This document shows positions 1 to 8,848 of a DNA stretch of 33,188 nucleotides, piece by piece. Both the position numbers and the translations under genes were made by a program. The stretch lies in UHGV virus genome UHGV-0218401; one strand, 5' to 3'. Origin of the DNA: a virus. Position 1 is the first letter of the stretch. Every line of letters begins with the position of its first letter. The notes beneath the pieces are model-generated. The model saw only the letters and a list, made by a program, of their open reading frames with translations, was not told the DNA's origin and made no database searches.

Positions 1-81
1 GCGGGCACCTACGCAATCGCCAACGTCCTGCTGACGCTGGCAGGGACAATCATCGTCATGGTATGGCCAGGATTAGGATAA
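1..81 (+). CDS. 3' end of a flanking gene (partial; C-terminal hydrophobic segment ...AGTYAIANVLLTLAGTIIVMVWPGLG*)
   Basis: Open frame running in from the window edge to a TAA at 79-81; hydrophobic C-terminus; normal GC content unlike the adjacent AT-rich RT gene. Product not identified. Confidence 0.3.
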   Translation, partial: AGTYAIANVLLTLAGTIIVMVWPGLG

Positions 82-193
82 AACTGAAGTTGCCCTGAAA
101 ATGAAATTTTTTTGCACAACCGCAGAACTTTTCCGCAGGGCATCAGTCTTAATTAGTGCCACTGCTTTTCTTTGATGTCCCCATTTTGTGGAG

Positions 194-236
194 CCCATCA
201 ACCCCGCCATTTCGGTTCAAGGTTGATGGGTTTTTT
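194..236 (+). terminator. Rho-independent terminator (10-bp stem cccatcaacc/ggttgatggg followed by TTTTTT)
   Basis: Perfect 10-bp inverted repeat at 194-203 and 221-230 with a 17-nt loop, immediately followed by a T6 run at 231-236, downstream of the partial plus-strand gene. Confidence 0.5.
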
Positions 237-297
237 GTTGCCTGATTTTTATGCCGTTTAAAATCATGATGTTAGAAGCATTGCTTTTTAATGATGG

Positions 298-344
298 CGA
301 CAAAATGGCGGCAGAGCCTACGCATTCTTCAGAAGTCTTCCGCC
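298..344 (-). terminator. Possible terminator hairpin downstream of the RT gene
   Basis: On the minus strand, ggcgg...ccgcc stem with internal pairing followed by ATTTTG; large loop, so weak. Confidence 0.25.
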
Positions 345-385
345 TTTGCAGTCATAAAGTTACTATTGGATTAAATTTATTCTTT

Positions 386-1156
386 TCATCTAAATAGCTT
401 TGCCTGCTCTAGATTCACGCTCCTCACATAGTTTGCAATCCCTAGCTTATGTTGCTCATCATTACTTGCATAAAAATCAATCAAAAATTCACTCAACCTT
501 TCCGCTGTAACTGACATGTTTCCATGACGTAAAGAAATATTAAAAACCACAATTTTGTTAGACGGCGGCTGAGACTTCTTCAAATTCAATTTATACCCAG
601 ATTTTTCCATTGCTTGAAGGATTTCTTGGTAAGTTGTTTGTAGCGTCTGGAAATCATTTGAAGATATGATCACATCATCCATATATATGCTAAGTTTCAT
701 AGTCCCTTTACGGCTTAGCTTTCGTAACAGACTCCCCAGATAACTCTTATCTAAACAAAGAGTTGCAAGTATAGGAGACTGTACAAAACCAAAAGGTAGG
801 ACGTATTTGTGTAATCCAGATGATGGATTCTTAACTGTAGAATATCGAGAGATCTCTCGTGCTTTTTCGTATGAAAAATATTCATTTAAACAACGAGTTA
901 CTCTGCTTCGGCTTGTAGACAGGAAAAATTGTTTGATGTCCACAACAGCAAAATAAGTATTTTTCAGGTGTAAACGTGTGGCTTTTAAATGCCCACCAGT
1001 CCTGAGATGAAAAAAATAAAGTGGAGGATTCCAGTGCTTCCTTACAGCGTTTAATATTTTACTACCGTTTTTTACTGCCTCTGGAGATGGCGCAAAAACC
1101 CATACTCCTGGTTTAATCTCAAATTTGTGCTTCCATCTTTGGAGTTCTAACGTCAT
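386..1156 (-). CDS. Compact reverse transcriptase (RT domain only, 256 aa), candidate defence-associated RT
   Basis: ATG start. RT motifs read directly from the translation: AVVDIKQFF (motif 2), LPFGFVQSPILATL (motif 4), SIYMDDVIIS (motif 5, YxDD catalytic box), GYKLNLKKS (motif 6). No thumb or extra C-terminal domain. Strongly AT-rich compared with the phage backbone. Confidence 0.75.
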   Translation of the reverse strand: MTLELQRWKHKFEIKPGVWVFAPSPEAVKNGSKILNAVRKHWNPPLYFFHLRTGGHLKATRLHLKNTYFAVVDIKQFFLSTSRSRVTRCLNEYFSYEKAREISRYSTVKNPSSGLHKYVLPFGFVQSPILATLCLDKSYLGSLLRKLSRKGTMKLSIYMDDVIISSNDFQTLQTTYQEILQAMEKSGYKLNLKKSQPPSNKIVVFNISLRHGNMSVTAERLSEFLIDFYASNDEQHKLGIANYVRSVNLEQAKLFR

Positions 1157-1298
1157 ATTTTAACTGCAAATAGTTGAAGGCCATGTTAAGAACGCCGATG
1201 ACCGCACCGACTAACATGACAAACGCAGTTGCGCATTTGAGCATAGCGGTGATCAGTTCAACACGCGCCTTAACTAAGCCAAGTTCGTTTGTATCCAT
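1119..1298 (-). CDS. Small single-pass membrane protein (59 aa from the second ATG), overlapping the RT start
   Basis: The ORF track gives 1119..1313; the second ATG at 1298 is preceded by GGAGGA. One hydrophobic helix (ATAFVMLVGAVIGVLNMAF). 3' end overlaps the RT start by 38 nt, suggesting co-transcription. Confidence 0.4.
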   Translation of the reverse strand: MDTNELGLVKARVELITAMLKCATAFVMLVGAVIGVLNMAFNYLQLKYDVRTPKMEAQI

Positions 1299-1559
1299 AA
1301 CTTGTTCCTCCATAGATACCTGACGTCTCTTAGCGCAAGCGCATGGCCCTAACTAAATAAAAAATAACAACCAGTAAGCCCAGAAAGCTTAACAAGTCGG
1401 CGCCCGATTACATGGCAATCAGGTAATCGGTCCGCAGTCGCAAAGCGACAAACTACATATCTACGGAGTGGGGATAAATCCCCGCTAACGTCAGGCATTA
1501 TTAATTTAACCTCAACTTATGGAAAAGTATAGTTTTAAATCATGTAGTTATGTAGCGGT

Positions 1560-1778
1560 TTAAATCGGCAATCCCACTTGTTTAAATTTATGAGGATGCG
1601 GCTGAACCGGATTTGACTCTTTGGGCGTTGCAATCGAACGAACAAAAGTTTCATGGGTAACAAAAGTATGGCTGCAGTTAATGTTCTGGCACTGGTTGTA
1701 ACGCTCTTTGGTCAATGAAGATACCTGAAAACTGCTGCGAGTATGGGCGGCACTTCCACACAGTGGGCAAATCATCAT
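1560..1778 (-). CDS. ogr: Ogr-type late gene activator (zinc-finger, 72 aa)
   Basis: Translation MMICPLCGSAAH...KERYNQCQNINCSHTF carries the Cys4 arrangement and KERY(H/N)QCQN(V/I)NC motif of P2 Ogr / 186 B; start moved to the ATG at 1778, which has an upstream GGGGAGAA RBS; 72 aa like P2 Ogr. Confidence 0.85.
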   Translation of the reverse strand: MMICPLCGSAAHTRSSFQVSSLTKERYNQCQNINCSHTFVTHETFVRSIATPKESNPVQPHPHKFKQVGLPI

Positions 1779-1868
1779 TTTTCGAGTTCTCCCCATTTTT
1801 GCTAAATTCACAATAATGATACCGCATTATTCCATTTTGCAAACTTAAAAGTTCTCCATTGCGAAGAA

Positions 1869-2969
1869 TCATTCCATTTCGAAATCATCAATCTTCACTT
1901 CAAGCTCCAGACTGGTCGTAAAACCGTTATCCTGGCTGACGGTATGTGTCAGGGTGGTAATGGTCCATTCCGCATCATCTATCGGCTGTTTAAAGCCACT
2001 GACTTTCACTGGCATTTCCGTGTAGAGATCTGCCCGCCCTTCCGCCAGTTGTAGCGAGAATGCCGCAACACCGCGTTGCAGACGTTCCCACTGCATTTTC
2101 GCCGCTCGTTCGGCGTTGCTCCGGTTGGCATAAGTGCGATTAAGTACCAGCACGTTTTCATCCGTACCCACCAGGTAATCGCCCTGCTTCGCTTCTGGCT
2201 CTTTCTTCTGCTTCTTAGTTCTGCGCTTACGCTTCACCGTGGTGCTTTCTTTCTTCGCGGGTTCGCGGGTATGCAACCAGCTGGCAATTACGCCCGTGTA
2301 GGCTCCGCGATCTGCCAGGGTAAAGCGGTGACTGTCGCCGTCCTTGCGTGTGATAGTGATCACCGGCAGTGGTTTACCAGTGGCGCTTTTGCCCTGTCCC
2401 TGCCGGATGAATAACAGATTGCCATTTTTCACCGACGCGATGGCACCGTACTGGCGCGCCAGCCGCATCAGAAAACTGCCGTCACTCTCATTAGTCTGGT
2501 CTATATGCTCCACGGGCTTATCCGACAGGTCTTTACCCAGTGCCATCTTCAGCTTGTGACGCGCGGCTATTTCCTTCACCACTTCCCCGACAGTGGTCTT
2601 GTGCCACGATTTTTCACGGCGGGTATTCAGCGTTTCCCTAAAATCAGCACTTCGCGCCCGGATAGTCAGGCGATCCGGTGCGCCAGTGTGTTCAATCTCG
2701 TCCACCGTGAATGCCCCTTTCGGGAAAAGCGGCTGCCCCTTCCAGCCCAGCGCCAGCGTGATGACCGCACCACGGCGCGGCAGCACGATTTTTCCGTCGG
2801 CGTCGTCCAGTTCCAGATCAAGCTGGTCTGCTTCAAAGCCCCGATTGTCCGTCAGCGTCAGACTCATCAGGCGGTTATCCAGCACAGTGGTGATATCCTT
2901 TCCCTCAATACTGATGCTGAATGCGGGAGTTTTGTTGCCTTTGTTAAGCAGTTCAGAGCTGAAATTCAC
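1869..2969 (-). CDS. D: Tail protein D (P2 gpD-like)
   Basis: 366-aa ORF at the P2 gpD position (last gene of the FI-FII-E-T-U-D operon, before ogr); GTG start overlaps the U stop (GTGA). Confidence 0.85.
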   Translation of the reverse strand: MNFSSELLNKGNKTPAFSISIEGKDITTVLDNRLMSLTLTDNRGFEADQLDLELDDADGKIVLPRRGAVITLALGWKGQPLFPKGAFTVDEIEHTGAPDRLTIRARSADFRETLNTRREKSWHKTTVGEVVKEIAARHKLKMALGKDLSDKPVEHIDQTNESDGSFLMRLARQYGAIASVKNGNLLFIRQGQGKSATGKPLPVITITRKDGDSHRFTLADRGAYTGVIASWLHTREPAKKESTTVKRKRRTKKQKKEPEAKQGDYLVGTDENVLVLNRTYANRSNAERAAKMQWERLQRGVAAFSLQLAEGRADLYTEMPVKVSGFKQPIDDAEWTITTLTHTVSQDNGFTTSLELEVKIDDFEME

Positions 2970-3451
2970 GACAGCAGCCCTCCCACCGTTTTACTGATAT
3001 CGCTTAAGGCAGACGTTGCCGTATCCTGCAAATTATTCAGCTGCGCACTGAGATCACCGAACATATCGGACAGGGATTCATCCACCCGTTTGAGCGACAG
3101 CGTGAACTCAATCCGGCGCGGCATACCATCGCGGAAAAACTCCGTTTTAGTCTGATTCAGCCCCTCAATCACATAAATGCCGTAAATCGTGCCGCTGCCT
3201 TCAATCAGGGGCCATGCTTTTCCCTGTTCTGCCATCTGCTCCAGAGCCAGCAACGACAGCCTGCCGCCCGTTATCTCCGGCATAAGAACACCAGAAAGCG
3301 TCAGCATGTCGTTGTCCGGTCCCAGAAACTGCATGGACGGACGTCGGTTGACCCGGCTGTTTGCCGCATGTCGCCAGCTGCGTTGATACTGCAGTTCCTG
3401 ATACGGCACAGTGCGCAGCATAAACACGTACAATCCCAGCACCATCATCAT
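2966..3451 (-). CDS. U: Tail protein U (P2 gpU-like)
   Basis: 161 aa; ATG overlaps the T stop (ATGA); position between T and D as in P2. Confidence 0.85.
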   Translation of the reverse strand: MMMVLGLYVFMLRTVPYQELQYQRSWRHAANSRVNRRPSMQFLGPDNDMLTLSGVLMPEITGGRLSLLALEQMAEQGKAWPLIEGSGTIYGIYVIEGLNQTKTEFFRDGMPRRIEFTLSLKRVDESLSDMFGDLSAQLNNLQDTATSALSDISKTVGGLLS

Positions 3452-6400
3452 GCGTCGTATCCCCCCTGATCGCTGTAGTTACTCCTGGCTTTTGCCTTCA
3501 GCCTGCGTTCACGTTCATCAAGCTGGCGGGCCACCTCCCGCGCAATATCCTGCGCACTTTGTCCTGGCTGCGTCTGAATGATGATCTGCGTCGGTGCCTC
3601 AATCCGTTGAACGGGCGGCACAGTGGCTGCACGACTCACCATCGCTTCGCCGCCTTTCGAGGGAAGTGCCAAAGGATGCAACGGTGGAAGCTCTGCAGGC
3701 GCGGCAGCAACGCCCATCATTCCGGCAACAACGGCAGCCAGTGAAGCTGTATTTCTCCGGCTGGTCACATTTGCCGGGCCGTTAACAATTTCCGGCCCGT
3801 TTTCACCGACGATGCCAAACTGCCCGCGCGGGATATAGCCGCCGCTGTCATACATCCCCGCAAAGCCATATCCCCATGACGGAAAACCACCCGATGGCAT
3901 CATCACTTTACCGTCTGCATTCACCGTCGCAGGTTGCTGACGCGTCACGCTTTCCGGCAGTTTCGCCTTTGCGGCCTCTTTACTGACAATGCCGAGTTTT
4001 TCCAGCAACCAGGATACGCCGGATTTCAGGGAGTCCAGCGGATGCATGACCATATTCAGCCCTTCCGCCAGCGCCTCCCCGAATCGTCGCCCCATTGCCG
4101 CTGCGCTCTGCAGTTCGGCAGAAGTCGACTTAACGGGCGTCAGCAAATCAGTAAACCAGCCCCACAGCGCCTGCACTTTGTCGCCAATCCACTGGAACAC
4201 AGGCTTAAGCGGTTCGAATGCGGCACTGATGGGTCCTGCCGCCGCTTTGAATCCTTCCACCACGCCACCGAGAAATGCGGTGATGGGTTGCCAGTATTTC
4301 CAGACAACCAGCGCCACGCCCGCCAGTGCAGTAACCACAAGACCTATCGGACTGAGCAGAGCACCTAACAGACCAGATACGGCATACAGGGCAACGCGCA
4401 GCATCGCCAGTGGACCAGATGCCAGTACTCGCAGCACCGTGCCTGCGGCGGCCAGTCCACCGCGCAGTACCGCCAGAGGATTCATAAACATCACAGCAGC
4501 AGCACGTAAACCGGATAATCCAGACCGGAACAGTGCAACCGGCGCACCTGCTACAGTTTTCAGGACATTCCCCGTCAGTGATGCCGTGCGACGCAAAGAC
4601 GACAACGGAGCAGTAAGTAAACCCGCTGCGTTGCCCGATGAAGCAAGCCCGCGTCGCAGCAGTGCCAGTGGAGCGCCAGCTAACCAGGACAACGCGCTGC
4701 TGGTTCGTGTTACTGCTGCGGTAACGGAAGGTAACGTTTTGATACCCAGCACAGAGAATCCCAGACGGATGACTGCCAGCGGCCCCAGCACTGCAGCCAG
4801 CGCCACCGCTAAGGTGCCGAGGCCTACGGTAACCGCAGCCACAACAGCCGCTACTTTCATCAGTGTGCCTGTCAGTTCCGGGTTAGCTTCCACCCAGCGG
4901 CGCAACGCCCCCGTGATGCTTTTCACCGTGTACAGAATATCCATCAGCGGCTGGCGCAGCGTTTCGCCCAGGCTGCTGAAGGTGTTCTGCGCTCCGGTTT
5001 TGACCAGCAACCACTGAGCAGAAAGTGAGTCTTTGTTGATGTCGGATTCTTTCTGCATGGAACCGAGCGCATCATTGCCCGCTGTCAGTTTTAGCTGGCG
5101 CTGCAGTTCCGGAAGGTTGTTTGCCAGTTTCGCCGCGTCATCACCAAACTCTTTACCAAACAACATGGTCATGGCAGACAGACGCTTGTCCTGCGGCAGT
5201 GCGTTCACCTTCTCCAGCACACGCTGGATAGTTCCCATCGCATCCTTCGTCATCTGCTTTTCAATCACTTCAGGATTGAGTTTCAGCAGATTCATCCCTT
5301 CAAAGAAACTCTTGCTTTGCATGGTGGCAATGGACAATTCACGCACCATCGCGTTTGCTGCACTGGCTGCAACCTCCGGTGCAGCGCCCAGTGTCAGGAA
5401 GGTGGAACCCAGCGCCGCCGCTTTACGATAATCCAGACGGTCAGCCACACCGCCCAGACGCTGCATCACATCAATGATGTCCGCCCCTTTCGACATGGCG
5501 TTATCATCCAGAAAGTTCAGCGCATCACCGAGCTGTTCAATATTGCGGGTTGGTATTTTGTAGAGCTGGGCGATTTTCCCCAGACTTTCTGACAGTTCAT
5601 CCGCTGGCAGCTCAAAGGCTGTTGCCGCTTTTGCTGCCGTACTGGCGAAGGCCAGCAGGTCACGTTTCTGGTCCTCCCAGCTGTCGTCAGGGTTTGCCAC
5701 ATTCATGCGCGCACCACCTTCAACCAGTGCGGCGAAGTCCACAGCACCGTTTTCCATTGGCAGCTGTTCACTGGCAGCTTTGATGGCATCCTGCATTTCG
5801 TAAAAACGCGCAGTGCGGTTGCCATTATCGTCACGCAGACCATTGACCTGCTTTGCCACACCTTTCATGGCATCTTCCATGCTGGTATAGCTTTTTACCG
5901 CCGCCATCACTGGCGCGCCCATTGCCAGCCCTGCAGCCGTGGTGGTGGCTCCGGCTCCTGCGATGCGATCGCGCACTTCAAGCCGTCTTGAGTATTGTTC
6001 TCTGGCAACGTTCATCCGTGCCTGTTGTTCACCCAGACGTTTAAGTGCTTTTTGCTGGCCCTCCAGTGCCTGACGAGTTTCTTCGGCATTTTTCTTAAGT
6101 TCTCGCTGGGCACTACTGAGTTGTCTGGTATCAATCCCTGATTCTTTAAGTGCCTGACGTTGTCTCTGGACCGCCCCCAACAAGCCGTTATAGGTCTGCT
6201 GAAGTTCCTGTACTCGTGTTTTGGCCTGACTGAATAACTTTGCTTGCGCGGCGGTTGGCCTGTTAGTGGCAGCAAATTGTGTGGCGAGTTTTGCCGCCTC
6301 TTCGCGGGCTGTGTTCAGGTTGTTGGCTGTTATGGCTAGTTGCGAGCGCGTCTTGCGAAATTCATCAATTCTGCCAGCCTGCTTATTCAGTTCTTTGAGG

Positions 6401-6525
6401 CTGTTTCGGGTATTCTGAATTGCGCCAGCCAGCTCTTTCGAACTGGCCTGTGCAGCACGGAATGGGCGGGTGAGTTTGTCAACCGCATTAAGAATGACCT
6501 GCAGGCGCAGGTTATTATCACTCAT
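3448..6525 (-). CDS. T: Tail tape measure protein (P2 gpT-like)
   Basis: 1025-aa ORF with an N-terminal coiled-coil-like region, central hydrophobic and Ala/Gly-rich repeats and a C-terminal domain; lies directly downstream of E/E' as in P2. Confidence 0.9.
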   Translation of the reverse strand: MSDNNLRLQVILNAVDKLTRPFRAAQASSKELAGAIQNTRNSLKELNKQAGRIDEFRKTRSQLAITANNLNTAREEAAKLATQFAATNRPTAAQAKLFSQAKTRVQELQQTYNGLLGAVQRQRQALKESGIDTRQLSSAQRELKKNAEETRQALEGQQKALKRLGEQQARMNVAREQYSRRLEVRDRIAGAGATTTAAGLAMGAPVMAAVKSYTSMEDAMKGVAKQVNGLRDDNGNRTARFYEMQDAIKAASEQLPMENGAVDFAALVEGGARMNVANPDDSWEDQKRDLLAFASTAAKAATAFELPADELSESLGKIAQLYKIPTRNIEQLGDALNFLDDNAMSKGADIIDVMQRLGGVADRLDYRKAAALGSTFLTLGAAPEVAASAANAMVRELSIATMQSKSFFEGMNLLKLNPEVIEKQMTKDAMGTIQRVLEKVNALPQDKRLSAMTMLFGKEFGDDAAKLANNLPELQRQLKLTAGNDALGSMQKESDINKDSLSAQWLLVKTGAQNTFSSLGETLRQPLMDILYTVKSITGALRRWVEANPELTGTLMKVAAVVAAVTVGLGTLAVALAAVLGPLAVIRLGFSVLGIKTLPSVTAAVTRTSSALSWLAGAPLALLRRGLASSGNAAGLLTAPLSSLRRTASLTGNVLKTVAGAPVALFRSGLSGLRAAAVMFMNPLAVLRGGLAAAGTVLRVLASGPLAMLRVALYAVSGLLGALLSPIGLVVTALAGVALVVWKYWQPITAFLGGVVEGFKAAAGPISAAFEPLKPVFQWIGDKVQALWGWFTDLLTPVKSTSAELQSAAAMGRRFGEALAEGLNMVMHPLDSLKSGVSWLLEKLGIVSKEAAKAKLPESVTRQQPATVNADGKVMMPSGGFPSWGYGFAGMYDSGGYIPRGQFGIVGENGPEIVNGPANVTSRRNTASLAAVVAGMMGVAAAPAELPPLHPLALPSKGGEAMVSRAATVPPVQRIEAPTQIIIQTQPGQSAQDIAREVARQLDERERRLKAKARSNYSDQGGYDA

Positions 6526-6954
6526 CGTTGGCCCCGCTTCTCTGAATCGCTTTATACCGCCATTCCAGCACTTCGGTCAGCGGCATAACGTCAGTAACGG
6601 ATGGCGGCCAGTGAAAGATGGTGGCGATATCAGCCACCAGATCGTCAACCGTCAGGCTGTCGGTAAACCGGCAAGCACCGACTTCTTCAACAAAAAAGTG
6701 ACAACCTCAACCGACATGGCAGTGAGATCTGCCGGGTCCATCTCTGCAATTTCCTGTGCAGTCAGTGCCGGACTGGAGATGCGGGGGATCACGGTCATCA
6801 TCGCGTTCACATCCATATCCATAATGGCCTGCAGGCGTGTACCGCGCAGCGCACCGGACTGCGGTTTACGCAGCACAATTTCGGTGATTTCTGTTTTACC
6901 GCGCTTGATGGGGGTATCCAGTTGAATAGTCTTTTCAGTCTGCTTATCGCTCAT
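6518..6954 (-). CDS. E+E': E+E' -1 frameshift fusion product (tail assembly chaperone, long form)
   Basis: After a -1 slip at the heptamer (plus-strand 6691-6697) the -1 frame stays open for about 58 codons (FVEEVGACRFTDSL...RSGANDE) and stops at a TGA overlapping the first codons of T, as in P2. Confidence 0.6.
6652..6954 (-). CDS. E: Tail assembly chaperone E (P2 gpE-like)
   Basis: 100-aa ORF upstream of T; AGGA RBS; contains the conserved T TTT TTG slippery heptamer near its 3' end. Confidence 0.85.
   Translation of the reverse strand: MSDKQTEKTIQLDTPIKRGKTEITEIVLRKPQSGALRGTRLQAIMDMDVNAMMTVIPRISSPALTAQEIAEMDPADLTAMSVEVVTFLLKKSVLAGLPTA
6691..6697 (-). other. Programmed -1 ribosomal frameshift slippery site T TTT TTG
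   Basis: Minus-strand TTTTTTG in the E reading frame as T|TTT|TTG; the same heptamer is used by P2 E/E'. Confidence 0.6.
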
Positions 6955-7008
6955 TTTGCTGTCCTGTAAATTGGGTTCTGGCGCGGTATCCCGCGCCGTT
7001 CAGATACA

Positions 7009-7524
7009 TCAGAGGCCGAGGGCGTTGCGGTGCGCTTCCATCAGGTCCACACCGTCCACAATTTCCACCATGTTGATAAGGTCCACTTCATAGAGCACCT
7101 CACCATTTATAGTCAGCTTCGCGTAGCTGTTGGTACTGGTCACTTTGGTGGTGTTGCTTTCGCCCGTCTTCCACTCGCCGGAATCCACTTCTTTGTGACG
7201 TCCACGCACCACAAGCTCCACGGCCTGCACTTCCCCGGTATCGTCACGCTGGATAGAGCCGGTAAAGCGCAACTGGATACCATCCACCGTGGCTTTGCCC
7301 ATCTGCTTAAACAGCAGCAGTTCAGTACCACCAATGGAAAATTCCGTATCCAGTGCGCCGTCATCCAGCCCCAGATCCACATCCACTGCACCCGGCATTC
7401 CGCCGCCGCGATACTTCTCATATTTGCGGGTAAATTTCGGCAGCGTCAGCGACTCAACGATCCCCTGCCAGTTGTTCCCGTCATTAAACAGGTTCAGGTG
7501 TTTTAATTTGCGTGGTAAAGCCAT
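7009..7524 (-). CDS. FII: Tail tube protein (P2 gpFII-like)
   Basis: 171-aa ORF downstream of the sheath gene; ATG start; P2 order FI-FII-E. Confidence 0.9.
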   Translation of the reverse strand: MALPRKLKHLNLFNDGNNWQGIVESLTLPKFTRKYEKYRGGGMPGAVDVDLGLDDGALDTEFSIGGTELLLFKQMGKATVDGIQLRFTGSIQRDDTGEVQAVELVVRGRHKEVDSGEWKTGESNTTKVTSTNSYAKLTINGEVLYEVDLINMVEIVDGVDLMEAHRNALGL

Positions 7525-7533
7525 GTTGTCCCC

Positions 7534-8706
7534 TTACGCGCTGACCTGGCTGGAGAAATTCACCAGGTACTGATCGGTGATGCGCTGACGCAGCATCAGG
7601 TTTTCAAGTGGCGGCACTGGCGTGTAGTCGTAGTCGATGGTGAGTTTTCCGGCTTTCAGCGTGTCTTTGTCGTTCACCGACTCATCCAGCCAGCAATCAC
7701 CACCAATGAGATAGCCCTGACTGACCAGGCTGCGCATTTTGGCGCGGATACCCTCGATAATGTCGCGGGCCAGCGACGGATTCAGCGGTTTATCCACCGC
7801 CCACATGTGCGCTTCTGCCATCGTGTCCGTCAGCACCTGCGCCGTGCGGGTGTAGTTTTCGAAGGCAAAGAGCGGGTCATCACTCAGGCAGCGGGAACCC
7901 CAGAAGCGAAAACCGTCTTTGCGGATAAGGGTGGTGACGTCGTTCTGGTTCAGCAGTCCCGCATCGGTTGCCGGGTCCTGCAGATCCCAGAACACATCAG
8001 CAGAAATTCCGGTGACACCGTTAACGCCCACGTTGGACAGGCTTTTGTGCCATCCGGTCTGCTCGTCAATTTTGGCGCGCAGACCAAGCGCACGAGCGGT
8101 GGCATAAGCCGTTGCTTCGGCATTCAGCACCGTGTCCCAGCCAGTAAAGTCGGGCCAGATCAGCATTCCTTCACGCTGACTGAAGTTTTCACGGTAAGTG
8201 ATTGCTTCCTGCACCGTCTTGCAACCATACGCTGACAGGTAAGCAAATCCACGCAGGCTTTGCGCCACGCTCAGCAACTCAGTAGCTACCGCCTTCGTGT
8301 CGTGACCTGGCACGCCGAGAATGCGCGGTTTAACGCCGAGCTGTGACTGGGCAGATAACAGGGCTTTCATGCCTGTTTTTTTACCTTCAGCGGTCACTGC
8401 TCCGATGATATTGGTCGTGGTTTCTTCTTCCGTTTCACCCTGCGGCACACGCACAACAACGGTCACGGGTTTTGCCTGGTCAGCGATGGCATCCAGCGAA
8501 CGAGCCAGCGTGCCTGACTCACCCGCTTTACCGCTGGCAGTCAGCACATCAGTGATCAGCACGGGTTTATTAAGAGGAAACATTTTTGCATCGGCATCAT
8601 CGCCCGTGCAGACCATACCCACGATGGCGGTGCTCACCGTGGTAATGGATCGGGTGCCTTCGTTGACTTCAACAACGCGCACCCCGTGGTGGTAATCCTG
8701 AGCCAT
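7534..8706 (-). CDS. FI: Contractile tail sheath protein (P2 gpFI-like)
   Basis: 390-aa ORF, AGGAGG RBS upstream of the ATG; first gene of the F operon, with a late-promoter dyad upstream. Confidence 0.9.
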   Translation of the reverse strand: MAQDYHHGVRVVEVNEGTRSITTVSTAIVGMVCTGDDADAKMFPLNKPVLITDVLTASGKAGESGTLARSLDAIADQAKPVTVVVRVPQGETEEETTTNIIGAVTAEGKKTGMKALLSAQSQLGVKPRILGVPGHDTKAVATELLSVAQSLRGFAYLSAYGCKTVQEAITYRENFSQREGMLIWPDFTGWDTVLNAEATAYATARALGLRAKIDEQTGWHKSLSNVGVNGVTGISADVFWDLQDPATDAGLLNQNDVTTLIRKDGFRFWGSRCLSDDPLFAFENYTRTAQVLTDTMAEAHMWAVDKPLNPSLARDIIEGIRAKMRSLVSQGYLIGGDCWLDESVNDKDTLKAGKLTIDYDYTPVPPLENLMLRQRITDQYLVNFSSQVSA

Positions 8707-8782
8707 AGTGGCGAACCTCCTGATTGGATTAGGCTTCGCCCTATGTTGAAGTGATTGTGCCTGACAAACAGCTAAGCGCAGT

Positions 8783-8800
8783 TGTACCGTTATTCACACA
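8783..8800. promoter_or_regulatory. Ogr-dependent late promoter element (TGT-N12-ACA dyad) for the FI operon
   Basis: tgtACCGTTATTCACaca; dyad centre about 85 nt upstream of the FI start codon, consistent with an activator site at about -55 and a roughly 30-nt leader. Confidence 0.5.
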
Positions 8801-8848
8801 AAATGACGGTATTTGTCTGCTTTCAGGGATAATCAAAATAATGCTGAT

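Noticed and set aside
1678-1872. 64-aa ORF overlapping ogr in another frame
   Set aside because: Overlaps the conserved ogr reading frame and the D stop; no independent support.
2505-3155. 216-aa plus-strand ORF antisense to D and U
   Set aside because: Embedded in the D/U coding region on the opposite strand. Spurious.
3989-5017. 342-aa plus-strand ORF and several other 60-150-aa ORFs antisense to the tape measure gene
   Set aside because: They lie wholly inside the well-supported minus-strand T gene and are Ala/Pro/Ser/Arg-rich, as expected for antisense frames of GC-rich coding DNA, with no RBS or motif. Treated as spurious.
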